From NCBI GenBank assembly GCA_964386365.1, contig CAYLQR010000027.1, forward strand, positions 1 through 39,482: 39,482 bases of DNA, in the 5' to 3' direction. The translations under genes and the position numbers were made by a program. The stretch's first letter is position 1. Each line of letters begins with the position of its first letter. Shown here piece after piece: positions 26,288 to 36,604 of this stretch. The stretch comes from an uncultured Candidatus Saccharibacteria bacterium (GTDB lineage Bacteria; Patescibacteriota; Minisyncoccia; Minisyncoccales; UBA1441). The notes beneath the pieces were generated by a model that saw only the letters and a list, made by a program, of their open reading frames with translations, did no database searches and was not told the origin of the DNA.

Positions 26288-27828
26288 AATTTCTTTAAAG
26301 CTGAATCAAGACGAGAAAGAACTTTATTTTTACCCAAAACTGTCGCAATTTCAAAAGGACCGGCTGATTGTTTCTGCCCAGTAAGAGTTACACGTAAAGG
26401 CCAAAGAACTGAACCGCGATCTTTCCCTTTTTCTGCTTCTTCCATTAATAAGCTTTTAATCCTTTCTTCAGTCCATTGTTCTGCAGACAATTTTGACAAC
26501 AATTTTTTTAATTGTTTAAGAACTTTTTTAACTTCTGCTAAAGATTGTTCTTTCCAAATTAAAAGTTCTTTTTCGTAAACAAGCTCCTCTTGAAAAAAGA
26601 AACTCGTTAAAGGACCAATTTCCGAAAGCTTTTTAAGTCTTTCCTGATAAAGACCAACGATTTTCTCTAAAGAACTAAAGTTTATTTTCTCCCCTGTCAT
26701 TGAAATTTTATAACTAGGAATAAACTTTTCCTCACCCTGATGATTTTCCTTCTCCAAAAGGCCTTCTTTTATTAAGAAAGGAATACACATTTTTGTCAAT
26801 GAAGGAAGAGGTTCTTGACGAATATAATAACCATTCATCCAATCTAATCTCTTGATATCAAAGACTGCTCCACTTTTTTGGATCTGGTCTAAAGAAAATC
26901 TTTCCGTTAATGTACTTAAAGAGTAAATTTCTTTATCTTCTCCCCCACTCCATCCCAGCAAGGCAATGAAATTGACTAAAGCTTGAGGAAGATAACCTTC
27001 TTTTTGATAATCACTTACTGCAACAACTGCTTCACGCTTGCTTAATTTTCTTTTCTCTGGCGAAAGAACTAAGGGTAAATGAGCATATTTTGGCTGAGAA
27101 AGACCCAAGGCCTTTTGAATAAGAATTTGCTTTGGAGTATTCGAAATATGATCTGCCCCCCTAACAACATAATTAATTTTCATCTCGTAATCATCAATTA
27201 CCACCGCTAAGTTATAAAGGGGTTGGTCCATTCCTTTAGAAACTACAAAATCTCCTAACTCATCTGTACTAAATTCTACTCGGCCAATAACGGCATCTTT
27301 AAAAACAACTTTCTCTCCCGAAGGAACTTTCAAGCGGACGACAAAAGATTGACCAGCTTGAAGCTTTTCTTTTACTTCTTCATCTGTCAAAGAACGACAT
27401 TTGCCAGTATAGCGAGGAGGTTGGCCAATACTAAATTGATACTGGCGTTGAGCTTCTAATTCTTCTGGAGTACAAAAGCAACGATAAGCTTTTCCTTCAT
27501 CTAGAAGCTTCTTGATGTAATTTTTGTAAATCTCTTTCCTTTCACTTTGTCGATAAGGACCATAAGGACCTCCAATCTCCGGTCCCTCATCCCAATCCAA
27601 AGAAAGCCAACGAAGATTATCTAAGATGTCTTTTTCCCATTTTCTTTTAGAACGGCTACTATCTGTGTCTTCAATTCGAATTACAAAAGCTCCATTATTA
27701 CGGCGAGCTAAAAGATAATTAAATAAAGCTGTTCTAGCCGTTCCAATATGAAAAGGGCCAGTTGGAGAAGGAGCAATTCTTACTCGAAGACCTCCTTTTT
27801 GACTTAATTTTAAACGCCCATCAGTCAT
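26284..27828 (-). CDS. gltX: Glutamate--tRNA ligase
   Basis: RIAPSPTGPFHIG, RIEDTD, YRQSER, RGADHISNTPKQ, KLSKR. Confidence 0.97.
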   Translation of the reverse strand: MTDGRLKLSQKGGLRVRIAPSPTGPFHIGTARTALFNYLLARRNNGAFVIRIEDTDSSRSKRKWEKDILDNLRWLSLDWDEGPEIGGPYGPYRQSERKEIYKNYIKKLLDEGKAYRCFCTPEELEAQRQYQFSIGQPPRYTGKCRSLTDEEVKEKLQAGQSFVVRLKVPSGEKVVFKDAVIGRVEFSTDELGDFVVSKGMDQPLYNLAVVIDDYEMKINYVVRGADHISNTPKQILIQKALGLSQPKYAHLPLVLSPEKRKLSKREAVVAVSDYQKEGYLPQALVNFIALLGWSGGEDKEIYSLSTLTERFSLDQIQKSGAVFDIKRLDWMNGYYIRQEPLPSLTKMCIPFLIKEGLLEKENHQGEEKFIPSYKISMTGEKINFSSLEKIVGLYQERLKKLSEIGPLTSFFFQEELVYEKELLIWKEQSLAEVKKVLKQLKKLLSKLSAEQWTEERIKSLLMEEAEKGKDRGSVLWPLRVTLTGQKQSAGPFEIATVLGKNKVLSRLDSALKKL

Positions 27829-29008
27829 AGTTAACTGAAGATTTATTAGATAAATTCAAATATTGAATAAGATATTGAGCAATCTTCTTTCCTGATCCAA
27901 GTTTTGCAAAAGATCGAGCTTCTTTTCCCATTTCTCTCAAAGCATAAGGCTGTTGGAACAAGCGATTGACTGTCTCCGCAAAGAAACTTGGAGTAAAGTT
28001 TTTTTCTTCAATTACCACTGATCGCTCTTCATTGTGAGAAAAACGATAAGCATTAGCAATCTGATGACTACCAGCAACCTCTTTTGTTAAGGGAATAAGG
28101 ATGCTTGGTTTTCCAAAAGCCGCTATCTCGGAAATAGTTCCGGCTCCGGCTCGAGAAATTATCAAATCAGATATCTTGTAAGCTCTTTTTAATCGCCATT
28201 CCTCTAAGAAAGAATAAGGAACATAAGATTCAAGTTGCTGATCATTATTAGTCATTACCTTGGAGAGGGTTTTAACAGTTTTAAAATCCTTCTCTCCGCA
28301 TTGATGAATAATAATGAAATCGTCTAAAAGACTAGCTAAGGACCTTAGAACAATATTATTAATTACTTGGCTTCCCTGAGAACCCCCTAAAACCAATAAA
28401 ACTGGCTTACTTAAATCTAGGCCTAGTTCTTCTTTAGCTTTTTGAAAATCAATTGGAGTTAAGAGTTCCTCGCGAACGGGATTTCCTGTTAAGAGATGCT
28501 TTCCTTCCCGAGAAGACTTGGTATGAGGAAAAGAAACAAAAATTTGGGTAGCCAAACGAGCTAAGATACGATTCGTCAAACCCATTTCAGCATCAGATTC
28601 ATGAACTAAAAGTGGAATTTGAAAAAACCAACTCCATAAAGAGGCTGGAAAAGCTCCATAGCCTCCTTTACTTAAAACAATATCAGGACCAATAAAGAAA
28701 ACATAGAAAAAACTTAGAAAAAAGCTTAAGGGAAAACGAAAAAGGATATCAATGAAATTTTTGAAGGAAAAATAACGTCTAATCTTTCCTCCAACAGTAG
28801 GATAAAACTTTGTATTTTCCTGAGCTAGAGCCAGTTTAGCAAAACGACTCCTTGGTCCAATGAAATAATATTTAAAAGTCCCCGGAGCTATTTTTTCTAA
28901 TTCTCGGATAACAGCAATCACTGGATAAATATGCCCCCCACTTCCTCCTCCGGTGAAGAGAATCTTTATTTTCCGAGAATGATTAATTTTTCTTTTTTCT
29001 GGAGACAT
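27821..29008 (-). CDS. murG: MurG glycosyltransferase
   Basis: TGGGSGGHIYP, KGGY, HESD, TGNPVR, GGSQGS, SRAGAGTISE, HQIANA. Confidence 0.96.
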   Translation of the reverse strand: MSPEKRKINHSRKIKILFTGGGSGGHIYPVIAVIRELEKIAPGTFKYYFIGPRSRFAKLALAQENTKFYPTVGGKIRRYFSFKNFIDILFRFPLSFFLSFFYVFFIGPDIVLSKGGYGAFPASLWSWFFQIPLLVHESDAEMGLTNRILARLATQIFVSFPHTKSSREGKHLLTGNPVREELLTPIDFQKAKEELGLDLSKPVLLVLGGSQGSQVINNIVLRSLASLLDDFIIIHQCGEKDFKTVKTLSKVMTNNDQQLESYVPYSFLEEWRLKRAYKISDLIISRAGAGTISEIAAFGKPSILIPLTKEVAGSHQIANAYRFSHNEERSVVIEEKNFTPSFFAETVNRLFQQPYALREMGKEARSFAKLGSGKKIAQYLIQYLNLSNKSSVNYD

Positions 29009-30080
29009 TAAAAAGGAAACCTACAGCCATTAATTCTGCCGTCAGGGCTGATCCTCCATAACTTATGAAAGGCAGAGGAATCCCTGAAACTGGCAATAAA
29101 CCTAAATTAGCTCCGATATGGATTATTGCTTGGAAGATAAACCAACTGACAATACCAAAAGCAATAAGTTGAGAGAACAAATCGCGATTCTGAAAAATTA
29201 TTTTAACACTAAACCAGCTAAAAAGTCCAAAAAGAATTAAAACAATTAAAGCTCCAATAAAACCTGTTTCTTCTGATATTATAGCATAAATTGAGTCACT
29301 CATTGAATGGGGCAAAAATCCGAACTTCTGTTGACTAAAACCAAAGCCTTTCCCCAATAAACCTCCGGAGCCAATTGATAAAATCTGCTGTCGAAGCTGA
29401 TAACCACTTCCTAAAGGATTTTCTTCCAAATGGAAGAAAACCTTCAAACGAGCTAAACGATAATAAGAAAGACCGGCAAAGGCTCCAGCTAAAGCAAGAA
29501 GAATTGGAACCATCATCGCTATTTTTTTCCAAGAAATTCCACTGACAAAATACATGACCAAAGCAGTAGCAATAATAACCACCAAGGTACTCATATCAGG
29601 TTGAGCCAACAATAGACCTCCGATAATAATAGTCAGCAACCAAAAAGCAATAAAGAGTTCTTTTTCTTTAGTCTGCTTTCTCAATTCGGAAATGAGATAA
29701 GCCCAATAGAAAATAAAACTAATTTTTAAAAACTCTGACGGTTGAAAACGAATTGGGCCTACTTCAATCCAACGGCTCGCTCCTTTGACCTGAGGACCAA
29801 GAGAAGGGATAAAAGTAGTAACTAAAATCAAGAAGCTCAACAGAAAAAGATAGGGAATATATTTTTTCAAACGCTGAAGAGGAAAAACAAAAGCTAAAAA
29901 GCCCAGGGCTAATCCCGGTAAAATTCCATACAGGAGCTGGTGTTTGGCATAAACATAAGAAGTTCCAAACTTCTCCAATGAAAGAGGCATAGAAACACTT
30001 ACTAGAGCCAAAAAACCTCCAATAATAAGAATAGAGACTACCGTCAGAAGACCAGAAAAACCTTGGTAAAACCTCTTCAT
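28983..30080 (-). CDS. ftsW: SEDS protein FtsW
   Basis: GASRWI, FQPSEFLK, QPD, GYQ, SEETGFIG, LPFISYGGS; located between murD and murG. Confidence 0.93.
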   Translation of the reverse strand: MKRFYQGFSGLLTVVSILIIGGFLALVSVSMPLSLEKFGTSYVYAKHQLLYGILPGLALGFLAFVFPLQRLKKYIPYLFLLSFLILVTTFIPSLGPQVKGASRWIEVGPIRFQPSEFLKISFIFYWAYLISELRKQTKEKELFIAFWLLTIIIGGLLLAQPDMSTLVVIIATALVMYFVSGISWKKIAMMVPILLALAGAFAGLSYYRLARLKVFFHLEENPLGSGYQLRQQILSIGSGGLLGKGFGFSQQKFGFLPHSMSDSIYAIISEETGFIGALIVLILFGLFSWFSVKIIFQNRDLFSQLIAFGIVSWFIFQAIIHIGANLGLLPVSGIPLPFISYGGSALTAELMAVGFLFNVSRKKKN

Positions 30081-31504
30081 GTTCCTAATTCTTTAACCCA
30101 CTTCTGGAATAATTCTCCCCTCTCTCGATAATTACGGAAAAGAGAAAAACTAGCCGAAGCAGGAGAAAGAAGGCAGATTTTTCCTTCTTCTGTCCATTGA
30201 TAAGCTAAGCGGACAGCCTCTTCCATGCTCCGAGCAAAAAAATGCTTTGGCAAATTACCTTTTCCTCCCTTTTTACTTACTTCTCTAGAAACAAGTTGCC
30301 AAATCTTCTCTCCTGTCGTCGGAAAAAGAATAAGATTTTTAATTCCAATCTCAAGAATCTTTTCAGCTAGAGATTGAAAAGATAAATCTTTTTCCGATCC
30401 TCCAATGATTAAAGTCCCAATTTGATCTCTAAAAAAATCTAGAGCGCCAATAGTTGCTTCAGGAATAGTAGCATTCGAATCATCATAAAAAGTTATCTTC
30501 TTAAAGATTCCAACTTTAGCTAACCTATGCTCTAAGGATTCAAAAGACTTAATAGCCTCTCTAATAATTTTAGAAGAAATTCCTAATTGCCGGCCAACGA
30601 TAATAGCCGCCATAACATTTTGTAAATTGAACTTTCCTTTAAGAGGAATTTCCTCCACCATTATAATTTTTTCAGTTTTCTCCCCTTCTTCCTGACGATA
30701 ACAAAGCCAATCTCGAGAAAGAAAAGAAGAAGCTTCCTCAACTTCAGCCAAAGAAAAAGCAAAAGATTTTCCTTTCTGTTTTTTAACTTCCTGACTAAGC
30801 CAAGGATCATCTAAATTATAGACTATTATATCTTCTTCTTTTTGAAAGCGAAGAAGATTTAATTTACTTTGGCGATAAGCCTCAAGATTAGAGAAATAAT
30901 CTAAATGATCCGGATAAAGATTAGTAAAGACTGCTATTTCTGGACTTTTATCTAAATCGGCTAATTGATGAGAAGATAATTCATAAACATAAAAAGAATC
31001 TTTTTCTCCCAAAGAAAATTGATTGGCAAAAAGAGAAAGGATGGGATTCCCAATATTCCCTACTAGATAAGCTTTAAACCGAGCAGTCTTAAGAAGATGA
31101 TAGATCAAAGAGGTAACTGTGCTTTTCCCTTTAGTCCCAGTAACTCCGATAATTTTAGCCAAACTATTATCAAAAAATATCTTTGTCTGAGAGCTTATTT
31201 CCACTCCTGTTTCTCTTGCTCTTCGAAAAAGAGGAAGATCTAAAGAAATTCCAGGAGTTCTTACCAAAAAGTCATAATCTCCGGGTGTAGAAGGAAAATC
31301 CTTCCCTACCAACAATTCGGTAGCTGAATCTTTTTCAATTTTATCTTGCCAAAAAGGAGAAAGATCCTTTTTCCCTTTTTGGTCAGCTAAACCTATTTTC
31401 TTTTTCGGAAAGAGAGAACGGAAAAAATTAAAAGAAGATTCCCCTTCTTGGCCTAAACCAACAATCAAAATCTTTTTTTCTTCTAATTCTTTTAATTTAG
31501 TCAT
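30077..31504 (-). CDS. murD: UDP-MurNAc-L-Ala--D-Glu ligase
   Basis: GVTGTKGKSTV, ELSSHQL, DHLDY, LEHRL, DDSNAT, LLSPASASF..F.NY.ERG. Confidence 0.96.
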   Translation of the reverse strand: MTKLKELEEKKILIVGLGQEGESSFNFFRSLFPKKKIGLADQKGKKDLSPFWQDKIEKDSATELLVGKDFPSTPGDYDFLVRTPGISLDLPLFRRARETGVEISSQTKIFFDNSLAKIIGVTGTKGKSTVTSLIYHLLKTARFKAYLVGNIGNPILSLFANQFSLGEKDSFYVYELSSHQLADLDKSPEIAVFTNLYPDHLDYFSNLEAYRQSKLNLLRFQKEEDIIVYNLDDPWLSQEVKKQKGKSFAFSLAEVEEASSFLSRDWLCYRQEEGEKTEKIIMVEEIPLKGKFNLQNVMAAIIVGRQLGISSKIIREAIKSFESLEHRLAKVGIFKKITFYDDSNATIPEATIGALDFFRDQIGTLIIGGSEKDLSFQSLAEKILEIGIKNLILFPTTGEKIWQLVSREVSKKGGKGNLPKHFFARSMEEAVRLAYQWTEEGKICLLSPASASFSLFRNYRERGELFQKWVKELGT

Positions 31505-32276
31505 CAGAAGAAATAATTTTTGCTTTGATTTCTCTTCCCAAAAAAGCTTGGCTGATTAAAGAAAGATTATAGGGAGGAGCGCTAAAAAAGAATTGGTTTT
31601 CTCTTTCTTTTGGAAAAGAAGCAATTTCTGGAGAATCCTCAAAGAAAGTTTGAATATCACTTACTAACTGCTGAGCTGGATCAAAAATCTCTACTCCTGG
31701 CAAAACTTCTTTTATTACCTCTTCAAGTAAAGGATAATGAGTACAAGCCAAGATCAAAGCTTCAATCCCCTTCTCTTTTAAAATAGCCAAAGAAGCATTT
31801 ACAATTTCTTTTGTTCCTGGCTTCTTGATCCAATTTTCTTCCACTAGAGGAACGAATAAGGGACAGGCTTGAAAAAAAACTGAAGAAGATAGATCTTCTA
31901 AGGCTTTTTGATAAAATCCACTCTTAATAGTAGCTGGAGTTCCAATAATCCCTAAACGCTTCTCTTTCCCCACTTCTCGAGCTATCTTCAAAAGTGGAGC
32001 TGTCATTTCAAAAAGAGGTAAAGGAAATTCCTTTTTCAATTCTTGATGGGTAATGGCTGAAGCAGTATGACAACCGATAATAATTAGACTTGCTCCCTGT
32101 TTCTGAAGCCAAGAAAGATTTTGTTTAGTCCAGCGGCTAATTAACTTAGGATTCTTTGTCCCGTAAGGAAGGTGGGCAATATCACCAAAATAAAGAATTG
32201 GGAAATTGGGCAATTTTTCCTGAAGGACTTTGACCACTGTTAATCCTCCCAGGCCAGAATCAAAAACACCAAGCAT
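31497..32276 (-). CDS. murI: Glutamate racemase
   Basis: FDSGLGGLTV, PYG, GCHTAS, ACTHYP. Confidence 0.96.
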   Translation of the reverse strand: MLGVFDSGLGGLTVVKVLQEKLPNFPILYFGDIAHLPYGTKNPKLISRWTKQNLSWLQKQGASLIIIGCHTASAITHQELKKEFPLPLFEMTAPLLKIAREVGKEKRLGIIGTPATIKSGFYQKALEDLSSSVFFQACPLFVPLVEENWIKKPGTKEIVNASLAILKEKGIEALILACTHYPLLEEVIKEVLPGVEIFDPAQQLVSDIQTFFEDSPEIASFPKERENQFFFSAPPYNLSLISQAFLGREIKAKIISSDD

Positions 32277-32280
32277 TTTT

Positions 32281-33345
32281 TTAACCTAATAATCTAATGA
32301 TAACTCCAAGAATAGCCGAAACAAAGCCAATAACCCAAAATCTCATTGTTACTTTGTAATGAGGCCATCCTTTGGCTTCGAAATGATAATGGATTGGACT
32401 AACTAAGAAAAGTTTTTTCTTCCTCAATTTTTTAGAAAGTAATTGAAGAATAACCGAAGCTGATTCTACTACCAATAAAAGAGCAATAATTGGCAGAACT
32501 ACTAAGGAATCAGTAAAAAAAGTAACAACGGTCAAGAGAGCACAAAGGCCCATTATTCCCGTCTCCCCCAGATAAAATCTAGCTGGCGGAATATTGAACC
32601 ATAAAAAAGCCAGTAAAGCCCCGACTAAAACCATGCAGAAAGCAGCTAAGTTAATTTGCTGACCAGCAAAAGCGATAACTGCCAGAGCGCTAAAAATAGA
32701 AACAAAAGTTCCTCCCGCTAATCCGTCAATCCCATCTATAACTCCCCCACTATAAACAGCTAACATTACCAAAACGAAAATTGGAATATACCACCAACCC
32801 AAAAAGAAATCTCCATTTCCAGGAATATGGAGAGATTGCATTCCTAATTTATTGTAAAACCACCAGGCACTAAAAAGAGCAATCGCCCCCATAATAAAAA
32901 TTCTCCAAGATAAACTTAAACCTCCACCAACATATTTTCCTTTTTTCCGAACTTGAAGCCAATCATCTAATAAACCAAGCAAGGAGGCTCCAACTAAAAC
33001 TGCCAAAGGAAGCCATGTTTGGCCAGGTCCAAGAAAATTGAGTTTTTCTAACCAAGGAATGCCGGTTTGAGCCAAAAGAAGAAAAAAGAAACTTACTATC
33101 AAGGGAACCATCCAAATCAACAAACCGCCAAAGCGAGGGACCGGCTTTTCAGCCGGAGCATGAATCTTGGGAGTAACTATTAGTTTCTGCCCATCAATGC
33201 TTTTTTCCTTTTTCCTTTCCTCCCAAAGCTTGTATTTATAAAGAAAGTGAGTTAGAGGAGGAACTAGAAAAAAGGCAATTAGGAAAGAAGTGAAACCTAA
33301 AACTAATATTTTAATTACATCAATCGCTATCAGAGTCATAAGCAA
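32281..33345 (-). CDS. mraY: Phospho-MurNAc-pentapeptide transferase
   Basis: P..GGL, GLLDD, DGIDGLAGG, FNIPPARFYLGETG, PIHYHFE. Confidence 0.93.
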   Translation of the reverse strand: MLMTLIAIDVIKILVLGFTSFLIAFFLVPPLTHFLYKYKLWEERKKEKSIDGQKLIVTPKIHAPAEKPVPRFGGLLIWMVPLIVSFFFLLLAQTGIPWLEKLNFLGPGQTWLPLAVLVGASLLGLLDDWLQVRKKGKYVGGGLSLSWRIFIMGAIALFSAWWFYNKLGMQSLHIPGNGDFFLGWWYIPIFVLVMLAVYSGGVIDGIDGLAGGTFVSIFSALAVIAFAGQQINLAAFCMVLVGALLAFLWFNIPPARFYLGETGIMGLCALLTVVTFFTDSLVVLPIIALLLVVESASVILQLLSKKLRKKKLFLVSPIHYHFEAKGWPHYKVTMRFWVIGFVSAILGVIIRLLG

Positions 33346-34324
33346 GATGATAGTAATTAAATAAATGGAAATAAGAATTAGAAGAAAGCCATCTTACTAA
33401 TTCTTCTGTTTCTCCAAAACGATCTGGAGAATCAAGAACAACTGTTATCAGGTAAGTTTCTTCCTTCGGCTTTTTAAAAATGGACAAGAGGCTTCCCCCG
33501 TAATTAGGCAGAAAACCAGTTTTCCCTCCAATAAAATAAGAAAATTCTCCTAAGAAATGGTGAGAGTTAGCCATCTGATGATGGAATTCTCCGTTGGGAG
33601 TAAAAAGAGAAAATTCCTGACAACCGATCATTTCTTCAAGAATTTGGTAAGAAGGATTTGTTAAGAGATAATAAGTCAAGTTAATTAAATCTTGACTACT
33701 AGCAAGATTTGTCTTCCCCTCCACTTCCAGTCCAGTCGGATTAAAAAAACGAGCCTGTTTCATTCCCAATTCAACTGCTTTAGCGTTCATTTCCTGAACA
33801 AATTCATCGACTCCCTTAATTTCTGCTAGAGCATAAGCAGCATCGTTACTAGATTCAATTAAAGACATTCTTAATAAGTCTTCAACAAACCATTGATCGC
33901 CAGCTTTCAGATGACTAGTTTCTTCTAACTGGTCAACCGCTTGCTGACTAATGGTAACTAATTGATCCAAAGGATAATTATCAATGGCAATTATCGCCGT
34001 CATCAGTTTAGTAAGACTGGCAATAGCAAAAGGATGTTGACTATTTTTATCCAATAGTTGACGTTTTTGCCCCTGATCAATTTCTATTGCCAGAACAGAT
34101 TGTCCTTGGAAAGTTGGTTCTTCTACTTCCCAATTTCTAATCGGAGAATATTTTTGAACTAAAATCTGCTCCGAACGTCGAAGATTAGCCAAATAAGAAT
34201 CCGAGTTACTTAAACTCCAGTAAAAGTAATTCTCCAAAGCCGGGGAAAGAACAAAAATCCCCCACCCCAAAGAAAGAAGGGAAAGAAAACAGACTAAAAT
34301 ATTAAGCTTAATTTTTCTTGTCAT
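33320..34324 (-). CDS. D-alanyl-D-alanine carboxypeptidase (peptidase S11)
   Basis: IASLTKLMTA, SSNDAA, NPTGL, GKTGF. Confidence 0.92.
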   Translation of the reverse strand: MTRKIKLNILVCFLSLLSLGWGIFVLSPALENYFYWSLSNSDSYLANLRRSEQILVQKYSPIRNWEVEEPTFQGQSVLAIEIDQGQKRQLLDKNSQHPFAIASLTKLMTAIIAIDNYPLDQLVTISQQAVDQLEETSHLKAGDQWFVEDLLRMSLIESSNDAAYALAEIKGVDEFVQEMNAKAVELGMKQARFFNPTGLEVEGKTNLASSQDLINLTYYLLTNPSYQILEEMIGCQEFSLFTPNGEFHHQMANSHHFLGEFSYFIGGKTGFLPNYGGSLLSIFKKPKEETYLITVVLDSPDRFGETEELVRWLSSNSYFHLFNYYHLAYDSDSD

Positions 34325-35708
34325 GAGAATCTTCTTTTTCTTTCTTCAATCCCAATTCTTCTAACTGCTTTTGACTGACATCTGAAGGCGTCCCCATCAT
34401 TAGCCCCCTTGAATCTCCAGTTTTAGGAAAAGGGATTACCTCTCTAATAGATTTCTCCCCTAATAAGACAGCCAATAGTCTTTCTAAGCCTAGAGCTATT
34501 CCTCCATGAGGAGGAACTCCATATTGAAAAGCTTTCAATAGATGACCAAATTTTTCTTCAATCTCCGCTTGAGAATGTCCTAAAACTTCAAAAACTGCTT
34601 TCAAGACTTCCCCCTTGTAAGATCGAAGGCTTCCTCCTCCGATTTCTTGGCCATTTAAAACAAGATCGTATTGATAAGCTTTCACTTCTTCCGGATGATT
34701 TTTAATTTCCTCTAAAGAATCAGTTTGAGGACGAGTAAAAGGATGGTGAACTGCCGACCATCCTTCCCGAGATTCTGTCTTTTCAAACATTGGAAAATCA
34801 AGAACAAAAGCAAAAGCTAATTCTTCAGTATCTTTAGGATCACTTCTCAAATCAGGCCGATCACTATTGTATTTCTCCATTACTTCTTGATAGCTTAATC
34901 GAGGAAAAGGCTTTTTTGTCAGGTGTTTCTTTGGAAAATGTTTCTCAATAAGGCCAATCATCATTTTTTCCATTAGATCTAAGACGTCATCTTGTTCTAC
35001 AAAGGACATTTCTAAATCTAATTGGGTAAATTCTGCTTGACGATCAGCTCGAGTATCTTCGTCTCTGAAACAACGAGCAATTTGAAAATATTTTTCTAAA
35101 CCAGCCACCATCAATAGTTGTTTGTATTGTTGGGGGCTTTGAGGTAAAGCATAAAAATTACCAGGATAAATTCTAGAAGGAACTAGAAAATCCCTTGCTC
35201 CTTCTGGAGTTGATTTAGTTAAAATAGGAGTTTCGACTTCAATGAAAGAATATTCATTCAAAAAAGAACGAATAAAGTTTTCTACTTTTTGACGAGTAAT
35301 CAGATTATTTTTTAATCGAGGACGGCGTAAATCAAGATAGCGATAGCGCAGTCTTGTTTCTTCATTAATTTCATATCCATCTCCTGATACAGAAAAAGGA
35401 AGAGTTTCTGCCGAAGAAAGAACTTGCACTTTTTCTGTTTTAAATTCTACTTTTCCAGTAGCTAATTTAGGATTAACCATTTTTTCTGGTCTTTCTTTCA
35501 CTTCTCCTTCCACTTCAATTACCCATTCGTTTCTTAAATCCTTCGCTATTTGGAAATTCTTAGGAAGAACAACCTGCATCAAGCCAGAGATGTCTCTTAA
35601 ATCAACAAAAATGATTCCCCCGTGATCACGATAGGAATCTACCCAACCGGCTAATTTTACTTTTTTCCCAACCTGGCTAGCTGCTTCAAGAATAGTTATC
35701 CTCTTCAT
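34308..35708 (-). CDS. aspS: Aspartate--tRNA ligase, short form
   Basis: RDHGG, RLRYRYLDLRR, STPEGARDF, ALPQSPQ, CFRDED.RADRQ.EFTQLD, PPHGGIALG. Confidence 0.96.
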   Translation of the reverse strand: MKRITILEAASQVGKKVKLAGWVDSYRDHGGIIFVDLRDISGLMQVVLPKNFQIAKDLRNEWVIEVEGEVKERPEKMVNPKLATGKVEFKTEKVQVLSSAETLPFSVSGDGYEINEETRLRYRYLDLRRPRLKNNLITRQKVENFIRSFLNEYSFIEVETPILTKSTPEGARDFLVPSRIYPGNFYALPQSPQQYKQLLMVAGLEKYFQIARCFRDEDTRADRQAEFTQLDLEMSFVEQDDVLDLMEKMMIGLIEKHFPKKHLTKKPFPRLSYQEVMEKYNSDRPDLRSDPKDTEELAFAFVLDFPMFEKTESREGWSAVHHPFTRPQTDSLEEIKNHPEEVKAYQYDLVLNGQEIGGGSLRSYKGEVLKAVFEVLGHSQAEIEEKFGHLLKAFQYGVPPHGGIALGLERLLAVLLGEKSIREVIPFPKTGDSRGLMMGTPSDVSQKQLEELGLKKEKEDSHDKKN

Positions 35709-35712
35709 TCTA

Positions 35713-36081
35713 TTAACGAATATATTTCTTAACTATTTCTAAGGTTTCATCCGGATCAAAGTCAGCTTTGACTACGTAGTCTCTTGCTCCTAATTCTAAA
35801 GCTTTTTCTTGAGTTTCTGGATCAGTGTAATTAGAAAAAGCTACTATCGGAATAGCCGATAAAGAAGGATCTTTCTTTATTTCCTTTAAAAATTCGAGTC
35901 CATTAACTTCTGGGAGGAGAATGTCCAAAAGAACCAGATCCGGCTTCAATTCTTTTGTCAATTTAATCCCCTCTTGAACAGTTTCCGCACTATGAACCTC
36001 AAAACCGGCTCGACTAAAAGTTTCCTGATACATTTTAATTAAAACCCTTTCATCTTCTACGAGAAGAATTTTCTTGCTCAT
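35713..36081 (-). CDS. Stand-alone response regulator receiver protein
   Basis: ILLVED, LLDILLP (phospho-Asp), SN, YVVKA; 122 aa with no output domain. Confidence 0.92.
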   Translation of the reverse strand: MSKKILLVEDERVLIKMYQETFSRAGFEVHSAETVQEGIKLTKELKPDLVLLDILLPEVNGLEFLKEIKKDPSLSAIPIVAFSNYTDPETQEKALELGARDYVVKADFDPDETLEIVKKYIR

Positions 36082-36269
36082 AATTAAAAATTAATAAAAT
36101 TAGAAATTTCTTTCAAAATAGCTGCCTATTTAAAAAAGATAAACTGACTAATTTTAATGTTAATACAAGTTAGGCCTTAAATCAAGTTAAGCTAGAAAAC
36201 TTCTCCCTAAAATTCAAAAAATAATTTTCCTAAATTTAGAAAAAAATTATTCCTAGAATTTAGAGATAA

Positions 36270-36319
36270 AATTTAAAAAAGGAAAAGGGAAGAAAGGGAA
36301 AAATCTCCTCTCTTCCCCC
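36270..36319 (-). terminator. Probable intrinsic terminator
   Basis: Minus strand stem GGGAAGAGAGG/CCTTTCTTCCC followed by TTTTCCTTTTTT, downstream of the 36376-36576 ORF. Confidence 0.55.
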
Positions 36320-36375
36320 ATTAAAAGGTCTAATTGATCAAGTTTCCTTTCAATCAGATCAAATTTAATCAAATA

Positions 36376-36600
36376 TCAATTATTGAAACTAGGAGAAGTA
36401 AGATAAAAACCTTCTTCTAAAAAATCTAGATTAAAAGAATAAATATTCTCAGCAATCTTTTTAGAGAGGTGGAAAGGCTTCCCTTCTCCTTCCCAGTCTA
36501 CTTGATAACCGCTAGCAAGAAAGGCATTTTTCACCTTATAGACATCATCGAAGGAAGACAACGGTTGTTTGGCCACATAGTAGAATAATCTTAACGGAGG
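36376..36600 (-). pseudogene. Probable 3' remnant of a hypothetical gene
   Basis: The frame stays open upstream of the GTG and runs into the opposite-strand ORF; no ATG; followed by a terminator. Confidence 0.4.
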
Positions 36601-36604
36601 CTGA

